Source: Isurus oxyrinchus
Lineage: Eukaryota
NCBI GenBank assembly: GCA_026770705.1
Contig: JANJGN010000009.1
Location: 24,800,001-24,864,000 of the forward strand
Length of the DNA stretch: 64,000 bases
Reading direction: 5' to 3'
Shown piece after piece: positions 1-14,366 of this stretch; within the stretch, counting starts at the first letter, position 1, and each line of letters opens with the position of its first letter. A model generated the notes under the pieces. The model searched no databases. It saw nothing but the letters and a program-made list of their open reading frames with translations, and had not been told where the DNA came from. Position numbers and translations under genes: made by a program.

Positions 1-906
1 GGGGTGTCTTATGACTTAAACGACTTATCACCCAGCCAAGACATCAACATAATTCAATCCAGTTGCATCTTTTGTTAGAATTCCTCAGATTTGCTGAAAT
101 GAATATGCTTCAAGTGCCTCAAGTAAGCCACACTGAGAATTTCTTTAGCAGGTTCAGTCATCTTATTAAGAAATGCTTGTTCTGCATCATTCAACACTGC
201 AGACTTAATAATTTAAAGCTAGTAAAATTGCAATCACTAGTTGTCATTACCTGGCCTAGGAAGTACAACTTTGAAGTGCAAGAAGATAGTGTCCTGAGTG
301 CCATACATTCATCCAGTACCTAATTCCAATTCCATATGGACAGGGCTACATAATTTATAAAAAGATGGTCCTTTCAGCTTGGCATCTCCAGCAATGAACA
401 GTTACTTAATTATCCAACTTATGCAACCTCATCAATGATCTGGATGCATTTGAACTTCTCACATTTGGTTTGACCCATTTCTTACCAGTTGATTCAGTGC
501 CCTCCCCATTATTTCTATGACCTGCGCATGGCATAAAGTGATTTCAAAATTAATTCTACATGGCATTAATTTATAGTACATAAAATTCAGTATGTAAGAT
601 CTCACACTTGGATCTCACCTTATAACCTGCTGGATTGCGGCCATAATTTGCACCTATTTAAAACCACATATGTGTGGATCAGCGGAATGGCAGGCCTTGG
701 AGTTCTGCTTCTAATCTTTAACATACACAATGTTCAAAAATTGCATCTATGCTGCTGAGATTTCACAGGGAGGGAAAAGAAAGGGAGGGTCGTCTCTGGG
801 TAATACTCATATACTTAGTGGAGGTTAGTTTCACCGTGGAGTAGTCCTGATGAAAAATTGCCCAACATTTTCACTATAGATGATTTGTTGCAGAAGGCAA
901 TGATAT

Positions 907-921
907 GAGAGAGAGAGAGAG
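907..921. repeat. (GA)n microsatellite
   Basis: Direct run gagagagagagaga. Confidence 0.8.
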
Positions 922-1229
922 AATATTCACATTCTATAACATCAATTGTTTCATTCTCGGGTCTCTTTCTGTTGATATTATTCAGCCTGTAGGAGGTGTA
1001 AGCCAACTTTTTCTGCCCTCCTGTAGAAAAGCACTTTCTGTGGCTCATTCCAACCAATTGCCCAGCTGAGATCTGGAACGAATAGCGGAATCACAAATCT
1101 ACCAAAGACATGATGGGCTGAGTGACCTCCTTCTTGTGCTGTAAACCTCTATGGTCCTGTGTCCAGCCATCACTGTGGAACAGAACAATGGTAAACCAAC
1201 ATCATGCACTATGAAGGCACTTTACTTTT

Positions 1230-4200
1230 CAATTGTTTCTAGAATGGTCTACAGCAAAAGAACCGTGATTATTTAAAAAGAAAATAATTTTAAAAACTGT
1301 CTTTCCAATATAGATTTAACAGGCAGCCCCAGCATTACAAAAACTACCAATAAACAGTGTGACATTGCTGAATGGACTGTAGGATGTCTCTGAACTTCTA
1401 AATACCTCAGGCATATATGCATGTGATTTGTACTTTTTGCATTTTTATTTGATATACCTTTAAAGAAACATGACATACTTCAGCACAATGATAAGGTTTC
1501 TCTTTGTGAGCTTAAGGGGAAAAATTGTTGATGCCATATAACAAAATAATGGTAAATAACATTTCCGATCATTCCATCAAACCGTGATTGCAGGCAATAG
1601 GTAAGGTGCAGACAATAAAATAAAAATCACTAATGAGTGCAACCATTTCACAAGCTTTATACAAAATAAATATTTAACAATACTTGCAGAAAACTGTTCC
1701 TTCAAACACACACTCATAAACAACTACTGAAAATTAAACCCAATGGGTCCATTAAAAAGCTTACAGAGGCAGTGCTTTTTAGAGCATTTCCTGTATTCTT
1801 CTGAATTTCCCTTCAAAGTAGATTTAAAACTGCAGTATATTATATAATTCAGAATCAAATTACTTGATATAGATTAAAAAGATAGCAGAAAAGAAACAAA
1901 TGTCAAACTTTTCATTCAGTTTCATATACTCTGCATGTTACCTGAAGTATATAATCACATTTTCTTACTGCAGTTTTAGAACATATAATATATATATATT
2001 TATATATATACACATGTGTATACTTACTGTAAAATATGGTTAAAAATGCAGAGTTGGGACATGTTACAAAGGCTGTACTACATATTACAGAATTTGCATT
2101 AAGTTCCACAAAAACAGGACTCAAGTAGCTTGCAAGTGCTGTATGAATTTTCTGACTGTGTTACAATCTTATGTTATGATCAATTTACTCAGTTTACATT
2201 ATACTTCTTTAAAGAAAAATTGCTGAGGGAGATTAGCATGCTTTAAAATACACCACTCAATCTATTGACCTTGCAACTATCCAACAGTATTTCGAAAAAA
2301 AAGGTTACTTGGTCATGCAACAGGCAACAGAGCAACAGTTGTGTTGTAGGTCCTCAGTTATTATGCAAGAGAAAGGGCCTGTGAAATAGGAACATTTTTA
2401 CCATCGCAAAATTACCATCACTATATGATATATGAGTGAAACAACTTGCACTTGTTGGGTAACAAATTTGCAACACCTGCCACTTTCAAAATATATTTTA
2501 CATATGCATTCCGTATATTATATAACATACTGCAGCTTTAAATAATAAGATTAAAGCTGCCTTTTAGGGAATTGTATTCAGTAGCAAAAACAGGAGCTTA
2601 AAAATTAGAATTCTATCAGCATCAACACCATAAAAACAACAAAACGTACTTCCAAGTACTGTAAAAATGTAATATGTTTGACTTTGAACAACTTTTATTT
2701 AAAAAAGTAATATACACCAAAAAAGTCAATTAGCTAAATTTTTTGATGCAGGTCTGTTTCTGAACAGTAGCTTAAGCAGTCTTCGTAGAGTCATTCTTTC
2801 AAAATGTTAATTCTCATGTTTTACATTTATTCGATAAATGACAGTATTACAAAACTCATCAAGTTAACAAGAATGACATTTACATGTACCGTACAGCATT
2901 TAAAAGCACAAATATTTAAAACCTTTGCAACAATTACAACGAAAACTGAATGTCAGAATAATTTACAAGAGAAAGAAAGGGTCTATAAAATAGTAAAGAG
3001 CCCACAAATTTTTTGCAAACATTTTTTGTCTTTTTTTTCATTTTTTTCACTGTTTCACTACACTCTTTCACAACATAATTTAGCTTATTACAAAACCTTC
3101 AACAAAATGCTTGCCTTTTTTTCTCTCTCTTCAGTATTTTGGTTTTCCAGAGCAGTTAATGTAACTCTACGTCCTTTTATTAACACCCTGAGGAATAAAA
3201 GGGTTACGCACACATCCAAACACATCACATCACTTCTAAGAAAAATATACACTTACAAAATATATTACAAATTGGCACACTGAAAAATATACAAGAATTT
3301 ATAGACGTCAAAGTTCATTTAGAATTTTCTTTAACTCTACAGATCAATATTTATAAAGCTCGTTCTAAAGAAAGGCAAACAATACTAAAATGTTTTAGTA
3401 TTGTATTTGATACATCTCAAAACATTTTATTTTTACATTCCTGTGAGTTTTTTTCTCTCCTTCATTTAGGAAATGCATCTCTTTTAGCACCATGAAACAC
3501 TAGCAGCTCAGTGGTACCTCTACTTCTCTTTAAGCTCTGTATGTACATTCAAATCTCAGTAGGTAGAAGTTTGAAAGGCAATAAGCAAAATAATAGCCAG
3601 AATTGCAGGCAGCTGAGTTCAGTGTAGCAACCCATTGAGTTTCACCCTGGTTCCTGATGTGACTGAAGAAGTCAGAAAAACAAAAAAAAATGTTAAAGCC
3701 AAAGTTAAAAAGACATTGAACACGTGACCCATAGAAACAGTCTATTTATCACACTACAACACAGTATATCCTTTTTTTTGGTAGGCAAGTACAATTCAGG
3801 TGATGGTACCAAATTACCATCAATGTCCCTTCCAAACTTCATTTTAAAAGAAAATGCTTGGACAGACTAGCCTCAGAGATGGCATTGAGAGAACTTACAT
3901 AGGCTGTTTTCATTTTGGTGTTTTAGTGTTCGAAACAGTATGATATTACTGACCATTTTTCCTATTTGTGGCCTGATAGTCCTACAGGTATATACATAAC
4001 CCAAATATATTGCCCAGGCAGGAACTGCACAGAACACATGTAGCTATTCGCAATGAAAAATGAAGCTTCGGGTGCCATGTCCTGATTCCAGAATGAAAAT
4101 GTTCCATATTGTTTTATTAAAGCCATTTGTTTTTGAAAATTAGAATTTTAAAAATACTTATTTAGTAAACTCCCCTTTAAATCATGTTTTTATGTCTTGT

Positions 4201-4296
4201 ACATAATCACCACTTGCTTGTTTACTTCACTTCTTTTTACCCAGGATGTTTCCAGCACCAATAACCTTGAAACAGCACCTGCTTTGAGACATGATC
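1230..4296 (-). other. Putative 3' UTR / terminal exon block of the minus-strand gene (probably nexmif)
   Basis: About 3 kb with no recognisable TE in a TE-dense window. U-rich on the minus strand, several AATAAA (plus tttatt at 1444, 2694 and others), Pumilio-type TGTANATA motifs (2005, 3540, 3989). Candidate acceptor gttcttgagtttacag|G at 4297/4296. Inference; no transcript data. Confidence 0.45.
1985..2010. repeat. (TA)n-rich microsatellite
   Basis: atatatatatatttatatatata run. Confidence 0.75.
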
Positions 4297-4559
4297 CTGT
4301 AAACTCAAGAACATTATGTTCCAGCCCTTGCTGGGGCTTATAGGGCAAGGACACAAAGTAAATATAGATGAGGAAGGCCATTCAGATCTTCTTAATTCAT
4401 CCATTCAGTGAGTTCTCAACACCACCACTACCACCACCCCTCCCCCACCCCCACCCTCAATTATTGCAAAACCTGGGCTGTTTAAATGATTCCAAAGTTT
4501 TTGTCTCCAATACTCTATCCAGAAGTCTGTTCTTCACAAATGATCATTCAGTAAAGAAA

Positions 4560-5060
4560 AATTCCTTACAATCTGGAATTACCTTCTAGTAGGTAGAACC
4601 CTTGTGCTAGCCCTGCAGGCTGATTTAAAATAACCTTGCAAGTTAAGCACATCTATACTCTCAACTATCTTATTTGCCTCCATAATATCACGTCTCAAAT
4701 GTCTAATTTCCAGGCTGAAATACCCAAGTCCCTACAGTCTTTCCTCATAACTCATACCTTTGACATTGAGGATCAGCATCATGGCTCTTCTCAAAACTGC
4801 CTTCAGCTCTTGAATGTCTCTCTCATTTCCTGGAGACCAGAACTGGACACAGTATTCAAGATACTGCCTCACCAAAGCACATTTTTGACTGATTGTTATC
4901 TCATTTGATCTACATTCTACCCTTTTGGCCATATTATTTAATAACCTATTAGCTCCATTGGTTGCTGCTCTGCATTGACTCGACATGCTTAGTGTTGATT
5001 ATTAAAACTACAAGGTCTCTTTCAGTTTCACCTGTAGCTATTTCAACACCATTCATGCAT
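4560..5060 (-). mobile_element. CR1-like LINE 3' fragment (degenerate)
   Basis: ORF 4732-4986 reads ALVRQYLEYCVQFWSP..DIQELKAVLRRA..KGMSYEERL, matching the CR1 ORF2 C-terminal motif LVRPHLEYCVQFWSP. Confidence 0.85.
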
Positions 5061-5747
5061 GTCATCTATCTCAGACAATCTATCTCAAATCATTGTCATT
5101 TTAGCTGACTACAAGAGGCTGTAAATTACTTGACAAAACATTCAGCAATGTTATATAATTAATCGGATTGGCGATATGACTCAAAAATAATCACAAGGTT
5201 TCTACATTAAAATATTTAGGAAATTTTACAATGAAATTGGCAACTTTGTGACAGGGTTTGTGTTTGAGCCATATGTTTAATGGATGGTTGAAATTGCAGC
5301 TGGTCAGGGTGACTAAGGGTCAGGTGTGTGTAAATTAAGAAGGTCTTGTGACACAGTGAATAGCATCCTTGGCTCTGAGCCAAAAGCTCGAGTTCAAATC
5401 CCACTCCAGGACTTGTTGGTCAAGCAAGGTGCCAAAGTGTGGCCAAACAGGTTGAGCATCAACTTGTAAATCCTTCCAATATACGTCAATGGCAGGTGGT
5501 AAGAGCAGGAGGTATGCATGTAAAAGTGCATGTTGCCACAGCAACTTGGACTCTTTGTGGGCTGGTTGGCTCATTTGGCTGGACAGCTGGTATGGATCAG
5601 ACCCGGCTGGGGGAGATTTGGGGCCTGATTCCTTGCCCACCCAATAATAGAAGTTGTGCTGTTGTGGGTTGGGCCTGCCCTCAGGCAGAGAACTCAAGAA
5701 GGTGGTAAATTGGATACCCCATCAGTTTAATGTATTGAGACAGCACT

Positions 5748-5937
5748 AGAAGCAGAAAATACTGTAAATACACAGCACATGCATCAGCACCTGAAAAAAA
5801 GGTAGTTTGGGTGGACCCCCTTCGTTAGAATTTGGGTCTTGTTCTGGAAAATGACCCCCAAACAAAATGTTAAGCTGTCTTCTTTTTCAAGTGTTCACAT
5901 TTTTTTTATTTTAGATTTCCAACATATGTAGTTTTTC
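5748..5937. mobile_element. Old fold-back miniature Penelope-like element
   Basis: Left arm agcagaaaatactgtaaatacacagc.. and right arm ..tttttattttagatttccaacatatgtagttttt resemble decayed inverted PLE 3' ends seen intact elsewhere in the window. Confidence 0.45.
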
Positions 5938-6107
5938 CTTTAATCTCGTGTGTTATTACAGGACTCATGTTCTGTCATTACATAAATAACTAAATAACTA
6001 CATCAAATTGACAAAGCACTCTAAAGGCACTCAAGGCAGAACATTATTACTGAACCACTTTTACTTCACTCTTCCTCCCTGAACCCAAGAATAGACTCTT
6101 GTATATG

Positions 6108-6515
6108 TCAGTCTTGGCTCAGTGATGGAAATTTCACCTCTGACTCAGAAATCTGTGGGTTCAAGACCCACTCCAAAGACTTCAGCACATAATCTAGGCT
6201 GACTCTTCAGTCCAATTACTGAGGGAGTGGTGAACCACTCTTCCAGATGAGACTTTAAACCAAGTCTTTCCTTTCCAGGGGATGTAAAAGATCCTGTTGC
6301 ACTATTCAAAGAAGAGGACATTTCTCCCTGGTGGCTTGAGTAACATTTATCCCTCAACCAGCACCCAGAACAGATGAACTGATCACATATTTCACTGTGG
6401 TTTGTGGGAGCTTGATATGTGCAAATTGGCTGCAATGTCTTCTACATTGATCTTTTAACATTCAACAGTATCTAAAAGACTTCATTGTGAAAGCATAAAA
6501 TAAATAGAAGTTTTC
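6108..6515 (+). mobile_element. Deu-domain tRNA-derived SINE (SacSINE1/AmnSINE-like)
   Basis: tRNA-like head (tggctcagtg..ggttcaagaccc) followed by Deu core gatgtaaaagatcc..gcactatt..atttatccctcaacc..tttgtgggagcttg..gcaaattggctgc. Confidence 0.8.
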
Positions 6516-6525
6516 TTTATTTCTT

Positions 6526-6561
6526 AATTAAGATAATTAAGATTAAGATAATTAAGATAAT
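6526..6561. repeat. Short tandem repeat (AATTAAGAT)n
   Basis: aattaagat aattaagat taagat aattaagat aat. Confidence 0.7.
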
Positions 6562-9500
6562 CAGATACTTGAATATGACTAAACTCTTAGTTTCAGAATT
6601 AGAGATAAAGTAGTGGTTTAATTCCACCGCAAACGGTAAAAAAATCTCAACTTTACTTCTTTAATCTATGAGAAATAATGCTTAGCATTCTGGTGTGGAT
6701 AGGCATAGAAACAGGTACCAGCTGTAAATATGTAGAGACAGCTGTGCTGTCAGTAACTATAATCATTATTATTACCTTCACTTTCCAGTTTTTTGTGTTA
6801 TTTATAATTGCTTTCTATATAGATTTTCTTTCAGGGTGAAGAAGTTCAGTGAGAACCTGTATTTGGGAATGTTTTGTTCCAATTAAGATGCACTACTGGG
6901 GTTCTGGAAAAGATGATATTTTAATTTTGTACTTTATGTCAGAAGCCAGGTCACATATAAAGAATGCCATGGAAAGTGCACTTTCATACACTGACTTAAC
7001 TGCAGACTTTCATAGACCATTAAAAAGAAAGGTGATGTCCTCATTGAATGTGGACGCAGACACTTCCCAGCAGATGACACTGGATGGCAATAGGAGGAAC
7101 AGCCTGTTACCATATCTGATTTTTCTCCTTCATTATTCCAGAGAAGACACAGCCAATTAAATTGGCTATAATCAGCTTACTCAGGCAAAATTAGGGATCA
7201 AATTTGGGAGCTCCTTTGTCTGCCTGGTTCAGCATTACACTAGAGTTGTGGACCAACCAACTCAGCCATTAAAGGAAGTCCACTTTATTTACTGTTTAAG
7301 CATTTTTTAAGAAAACGTAGAAATCACTGAACAAAAATCATAAAGGTGTCAAAAGTTGATTCTCAATCTCTTTAGCCGATGGTTTTTTACAATGGAAGCT
7401 GATGCAGAAACTCCCCTTTTAAACCACTGCCCAATGTTGCATTAAACTAGATATTAGTAATGATGTTTTAGACAGATGGCAACATTGGTCCATTTAATCT
7501 CCTCTTCCAAACTTCTCATCAGTTTCTTTACTGTGATACCTATAAAGCTTATAATCCTTTCCCTAAAAGGTATTTATCCAGTCCTTTCTTTATAAAAATC
7601 TGCTCTGGTTTTCTGTTTCACCATCTCCTCCGGCAAGCTGTACCAAAAATCTACCACACCCTTGCTTAAAAAATATTGTTTAGATTTCTCACAGCCTGTT
7701 TACACTCTTAACTTTTAACTGTTCCCCCTTGTTCTCAAATCCTTTGTTCAAATTCAACATAGCTTTGAAAATTTTAATCAAGTTCCCTCTCTTACCCAAT
7801 ACCTCTTCAGAGAGTAATTTGCCAGGATAGGCAATCTTTCTTTATGATTCAGCCCATTGTTCAAGAAATAGCCTCACAGGCCTCCAGTGGACTCCATTTT
7901 TGTTTAACTCTATGGGACTGACTTTGGTTTGGCACATTAAGCAGGGATTGGTGGGTTGAGCACCTGTCATGCCTGCCTAGTGGCTTTACCACTAGGCTCG
8001 AAATATTTTTGTGGTTGGAACTCATTTTGGTGTTAAGGACAAGCTGTCAGTGTGATTTGCAATCTATTGGCAGCTCGTCCATTAGGAAACTAATTGGTAC
8101 CAGAATCCAACACAACTAAATTTCAGGCTGTTTGATCAGAAACAAATTTGCTCAACTGGGACCAGTTGCACTGGCTTTGTGATAAACTTTAAAAAAAAAA
8201 CAATTCCAGTGCAATCACCCATCACTTAGGATGCATTGTTCAACAATGCAATACTATTGTATTTTTTCAAGTAAATTGAAACTAAAAATAAACTGCAATT
8301 GGGCACTGGATAAGCTAGATGGAAATCAATGTGCTGGCTCTCTCTGCACCAGTTTTACAAGTAAAGCATGGTTGGAATGGGAATTGCATTTCAAACTGAT
8401 TTCAGAGCTGCTCCAGTTTACAAAAGAACAATATCATCACGGTGTCAGGCTCCCGTATTCAATCTTCATTCTTGCTTTGATTCAAATGTGCTTTCTTAGT
8501 GGAAATTAAAATTTACGAGTGACAGGTATAACCACTAGGAAATATTTGCTGCTTCTGAAAATTATTAAATTTGAGTCCTAGATTGGGTCCATCGAGATTC
8601 CTTCATTCAATTAACTTATAACTCCCTACAATAATCGATCTATGAGCAGAGATCCTCATCTTTATCTTCTCTCCTAGGAACAGGCTGAAGCACAGGTCTC
8701 CAAAGTTGAAATGTGATGAATCAGATTAGTGATTAGTTACTGCATCACCTCTCCTGCACAGAGAGCTCAAGATTTGAACCTCTTGAGGTGTTTAGTGGCA
8801 CTATCAATCCACAACAGCACACTGTAGGCATTGGGTAAAACAATTTGCTGGCAGCCAATAAAGCCAGTTAACGATTGGATCAAAAAGCTAATTAAGACTG
8901 TCTGATTTTCACTTTAAATTTTAGTAGACCATATCTTTTTGAAAATTCAAAACATCGGATCAGGCAGAAGCATTCTCTTCCAGATAAACTTGTTAAAAAG
9001 GGAAGGAATCTCAATCTTAGCATTTTTGGAATTACTTAGTGATGCGCTATTTCAAACTCAATTGAGTACCTCAGTCTTTAAAAGTTATCACCTATAGCAA
9101 CATTTATATTTGACATTGGTGTACACATTCATCAATTTCATTTTGGAAATTGACAAGGGAAACATGGTGCAAAAGTTGTGAGGCTGTTTGAGAGGCTAAG
9201 GCGCCAAGGTTCAGCTCCATGCTTTGCACTGTGGCCAGAAATGCTCAGTATTGGGAAGAGAGCATTGCAATTTCTATTGTGTAAACTGTAATTAAGTAGC
9301 ATTTAAGGCATTTGTTTAGGTGGGACAAAGCTGACGGACAAAAATGTTGGGAGTTAGTCCATTAGATCTAAGATTTCAGTTTGATTATATCTGACCAAAA
9401 AAATACCCTAATATACAAAAAGTGTTTATAGATTTTAAGGTACCTATATTCAAATTAATAGCACAAACTGTGAAGAAAACCTTCAGCATTCTTATCTACA

Positions 9501-9686
9501 GAATTTTATCCAAGGTGATTTAGGAAACATAGACCGGGAAATAGTGTTGTGTCACTACAGCATGGATGCTTAATGCACTAGTTTGCAATTCTTTTTGAAG
9601 TGGAAACTTGCTTATTTTAGGAAAGAATTTAATAAATATGTTAAGTTTTGAGACACTTGTATTCAACAGCATTTTTCCCAAGACCA

Positions 9687-9863
9687 AGGGTAATCTTCAT
9701 CTTCACCGCTTGTGCAGTAATCCGGCAGAACGTATCACTCACCTGTTACAGAACTTGCCTGATTTTCACCCTGTTAAATTCAGTGGAATGAAAATCGGGC
9801 AGGTTCAACAATGGGTGGGTGATCCAGCGTGCCAGATTATCATGGTAAAGTGAAAATGACCCT
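9687..9863. mobile_element. Palindromic MITE (probably Harbinger-type, non-autonomous)
   Basis: Inverted termini agggtaatcttca../..tgaaaatgaccct; inner arms acttgcctgattttca/tgaaaatcgggcaggt; no ORF. Confidence 0.65.
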
Positions 9864-10849
9864 GTGTATGGAATCAGATTCTGGTCTGTGCAGATGCATC
9901 TGATCTCATCTGGAGCAATGCCTGGAGTGCTTTAATGGTCTTCAACCCTGCTGACGCATGAAGGGGTGAAATGATAAACCAGAATTCTTGCTTCTGATCA
10001 CTGTCCTGTGACTTTTGTTGGAAAGTGTGTACACATGTAGAAGTCAGGTGAGGAAAAGATCAAGCTCAGTTGTGATAATTCCAGCAGTTGAATAGCCTTC
10101 AGCCATTTACCATCTAGAGTCAGATAGCAGCAGCCAGGGGATTATTCTTCACCTTTTTGTTCCCTTTGTTTAAGAAAATTTATATTCCAGTTATTCTTCT
10201 TGCTCTAATAGTCTTTTTAATACTTTGTGCAAATAATTAAGAAGGTAATCATAAATAATGGTAATAAATTGCAGCATAATCTCATAAAAGGGTACATTTA
10301 TCATTTGAAATATCATTGATTTTATCTCAGAATCTATATAGTTATGAACCTAGACTGCCCTCCTCCACTGCTATCATAGATACAGTCAGTGCACAAGTAA
10401 AAAGAGTGGCATTTTTTTCCCAATTTGTTACCAAATTGTTTCTCATATTAGGTCGCCAACATCTACACACTTTCCATTCAACCTGAGGATGGAATAGTTT
10501 GGAAAGCAAACCTGCCCCGCCTTTAACAATGCTGTTCAATTATTTACTGACTGAGGGTGCTTTTCTAAATGCCAAGACTGGTCTCCACTAGCTTATCCTT
10601 CCTGAGATAGTGCATTTCAGTAGAGTGCAGTGTTGCAGCACATAGCTCAGTGCATAGAATCAAATTCAAAAGACAGTTCACAATGGCAAGTGCATAAAGG
10701 CAAAACCAGGAGCAAGGAAAAATAATTTGGTCCATCATGCTGGTTACCTCCAGAATCCAAAAATGATGATTCTATCATGGGCTTCCCTTTCCCCACCAGG
10801 TTCCTTAATTCCTTCCCCAGGGAGAAAAAGCAAGAAGAAACATCCGCAA

Positions 10850-11190
10850 TATTGCACTTTTAAAGTAGAACAATAAATCCTTAGGTATCCCACCAAGGAA
10901 AACAATGAATGTCAAGGTAAAGAACATATTAAGATAGATAATCAATTGTTGGTCAAAGACGTGTGATTTAAGGAAGGTTTTAAAGGAAGACAGGGGCGGT
11001 AGCGAGGTAGAGGGATTTGGGCAGGGGATTCCAGAGTATGGAACTATAGCCCCCAAGGCTGGTCATAGGGAGAGGGTTGCACACAAGGCCAGAGTTAGAA
11101 GCCAAGCTTTCTGGGAAGGGGTGTGTTGGGGAGAAGATTACAAAGATAATGAGGGATGAGTCTATAAAGGGCTAAATAACTTTAAATTCC
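10850..11190 (-). mobile_element. L2-like LINE 3' fragment
   Basis: Minus strand reads ..SGIPCPNPSTSLPPLSSFKTFLKSHVFD, like the L2 C-terminus (LWNSLP..SFKTLLKTHLF); similar to 45050-45130. Confidence 0.6.
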
Positions 11191-11580
11191 TCAATACCCA
11201 TTCTCAATAAATATCGGTCCAACTCCCTTTTAAATACAGGCACAGGAGAACATTTGACCATACAGCTTAGAGTCTGTGAAATTGGTACCTGTATCTGCTA
11301 GTCTTAGCTTACTGTCCGACTTAAACAATCTTCTTACTTCAACTTTACCTGCTTCTTTCACTATGTCCTCCCTCAGTATTTTTTCCAATGAAAGTGAAGG
11401 TAGTTGTTTAAACCTTCCTTCATAATTTCACCGCACCAAAGCCTGAAATCATGGTTCAGCCTAAACCCAGTCTTACTTATTATATAAAAACAAAAAACTG
11501 CGGATGCTGGAAATCCAAAACAAAAACAGAATTACCTGGAAAAACTCAGCAGGTCTGGCAGCATCGGCGGAGAAGAAAAG

Positions 11581-11619
11581 AGTTGACGTTTCGAGTCCTC
11601 ATGACCCTTCGACAGAACT
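11581..11619 (-). ncRNA. Minimal type I hammerhead-like ribozyme (variant core CUGUCGA)
   Basis: AGTT-CTGTCGA-A-GGGTC-ATGAG-GACTC-GAAA-CGTC-AACT: stem I AGTT/AACT, stem II GGGTC/GACTC, loopless self-complementary stem III as known for PLE hammerheads. Confidence 0.7.
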
Positions 11620-12222
11620 AGGCGAATCCCAGGAAGGGGTGAAATATAAGCTGGTTTAAGGTGGTGGGGGGGTGGGGTTGGGTGGGGGGAGAGAAGTGGA
11701 GGGGGGTGGTGTGGTTGTAGGCAAAAGCAGTGATAGAAGCAGATCATCAAAAGATGTCACAGACAGCAGAACAAAAGAACACATAGGTGTCGAAGTTGGT
11801 GACATTATCTAAACGAATGTGCTAATTAAGAATGGATGGCAGGGCACTCAAGGTATAGCTCTAGTGGGGGTGGGGGGAGCATAAAAGATTTAAAAATATT
11901 TTAAAATAATGGAAATAGGTGGGAAAAAGAAAAATCTATATAATTTATTGGAAAAAAAAACAAAAGGAAGGGGGAAGTAACAGAAAGGGGGTGGGGACGG
12001 AGGGGGGAGGTCAAGACCTAAAGTTGTTGAATTCAATATTCAGTCTGGAAGGCTGTAAAGTGCCTAGTCGGAAGATGAGGTGTTGTTCCTCCAGTTTGCG
12101 TTGGGCTTCACTGGAACAATGCAGCAAGCCAAGGACAGACATGTGGGCAAGAGAGCAATCCCAGCCCCAGCCGTGTATTCACTATACCCCTTGACCTTCC
12201 CCTCTCCGATGCTGAACGTTCA

Positions 12223-14366
12223 GTGCTCAGCAAAGGACTTAGTTTCATACCCCTATGCCCTCACCTTAATGAATTTCAGGCTCGGCACGATGCTGAACTC
12301 TTCTTCCGCTGTCTTCGTCTCTGGGCTCACTTCTTTGGGCAGGAGTCCTCTCCCCGTTCAACGGATCCTTTTACCCACCTCCAATATTCTCCCTCCACCT
12401 GGACCCCTCCCTCTGGATTCTTACCATCTCTTGATCTTTTCATTGAGAACTGTCGGCGCGACATTAGTCGTCTCAATTTCTCTGCTCCTCTCACCCATTC
12501 TAATCTCTCTCTTGCTGAACTTACTGCACTCCATTCTCTCAGGTCCAACCCTGACATCATCATCAAATCCGCTGACAAGGGTGGTGCTGTTGTTGTCTGG
12601 CGCACTGACCTCTACCTCGCGGAGGCTGAGTGTCAACTCACAGACACTTCCTCCTACCTCTCGCTGGACCATGACCCCACCAATGAACATCAAGCCATTG
12701 TTTCCAGGACTGTCACTGACCTCATCTCCTCTGGGGATCTTCCTCCCACAGCTTCCAACCTCATAGTCACCCAACCTCGGACAGCCCGCTTCTACCTCCT
12801 ACCCAAAATCCACAAATAGAACCGTCCCGGTAGACCGATCATGTCAGCTTGCTCCTGCCCCACAGAACTCATTTCTCGTTATCTTGACTCCCTTCTCTCT
12901 CCCCTTGTCCAGTCCCTCCCCACCTACATCCGCGATTCCTCTGACACCTTACGTCACATCAACAATTTCCAGTTTCCTGGCCCCAACTGCTTCCTCTTCA
13001 CCATGGATGTCCAATCCCTCTACACCTCCATCCCCCACCAGATGGTCTGAGGGCCCTTAGCTTCTTCTTCGAACAGAGGCCCGAACAACCCCCATCCACC
13101 ACTACTCTCCTCCGTCTGGCTGAACTTGTTCTCACAGTGAACAATTTCTCCTTCAACTCCTCTCACTTCCTCCAAATAAAAGGTGTGGCTATGGGTACCC
13201 ACATGGGCCCCAGCTATGCCTGTCTCTTTATGGGGTATGTGGAACATTCCTTGTTCCAGTCCTACTCCAGCCCCCTTCCACAACTCTTTCTCCGGTACAT
13301 CGATGATTACGTCGGTGCTGCTTCATGCTCTCGTCAGGACTTAGAAAAATTTATTAATTTTGCTTCCAATCTCCACCCCTCCATCATTTTCACGTGGTCC
13401 ATCTCTGACACTTCCCTGCCCTTCCTTGACCTCGCTGTCTCAATCTCTGGTGATAGACTGTCCACCAATATCCATTACAAACTTATCGACTCCCACAGCT
13501 ACCTTGACTACAGCTCCTCACACCCCGCTTCCTGTAAGGACTCCATCCCATTCTCTCAGTTCCTTTGCCTCCGTCGCATCTGTTCTGATGATGCTACCTT
13601 CAAAAACAGTTCCTCTGATATGTCCTCCTTCTTCCTTAACCGAGGTTTTCCACCCACGGTGGTTGACAGGGCCCTCAACCGTGTCCGGCCCATCTCCCGT
13701 GCATCCGCCCTCACGCCTTCTCCTCCCTCCCAGAAACATGATAGGCTCCCCCTTGTCCTCACTTATCACCCCACCAGCCTCCGCATTCAAAGGATCATCC
13801 TCCGCCATTTCCGCCAACTCCAGCATGATGCCACTACCAAATACATCTTCCCTTCACCCCCACTGTCAGCATTCCGTAGGGATCATTCCCTCTGGGACAC
13901 CCTGGTCCACTCCTCCATCACCCCCTACTCCCCAACCCTCACCTATGGCATCACCCCATGCCCACGCAAAAGATGTAACACCTGCCCCTTCACTTCCACT
14001 TTCCTCACCGTCCAAGGGCCCAAACACTCCTTTCAAGTGAAGCAACATTTCACTTGCATTTCCCCCAACTTAGTCTACTGCATTCGTTGCTCCCAATGCG
14101 GTCTCCTCTACATTGGAGAGACCAAACGTAAACTGGGCGACCACTTTGCAGAACACCTGCAGTCTGTCCGCAAGAATGACCCAAACCTCCCTGTCGCTTG
14201 CCATTTCAACACTCCACCCTGCTCTCTTGCCCACATGTCTGTCCTTGGCTTGCTGCATTGTTCCAGTGAAGCCCAACGCAAACTGGAGGAACAACACCTC
14301 ATCTTCCGACTAGGCACTTTACAGCCTTCCGGACTGAATATTGAATTCAACAACTTTATGTCTTGA
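12223..14366 (+). pseudogene. Disrupted PLE reverse transcriptase / GIY-YIG endonuclease ORF
   Basis: Three ORF pieces (12223-12819, 12841-13050, 13137-14366). RT motifs LFTMDVQSLYTSIP, KGVAMGTHMGPSYA, FLRYIDD; Cys linker CPRKRCNTC; GIY-YIG region NLVYCIRC..LLYIGETKR..EH..GLN. Stop at 12817 and a frameshift near 13045. Confidence 0.92.

Noticed and set aside
2804-3283. 159-aa plus-strand ORF
   Set aside because: AT-rich low-complexity composition, antisense to the UTR-like block, no recognisable domain.
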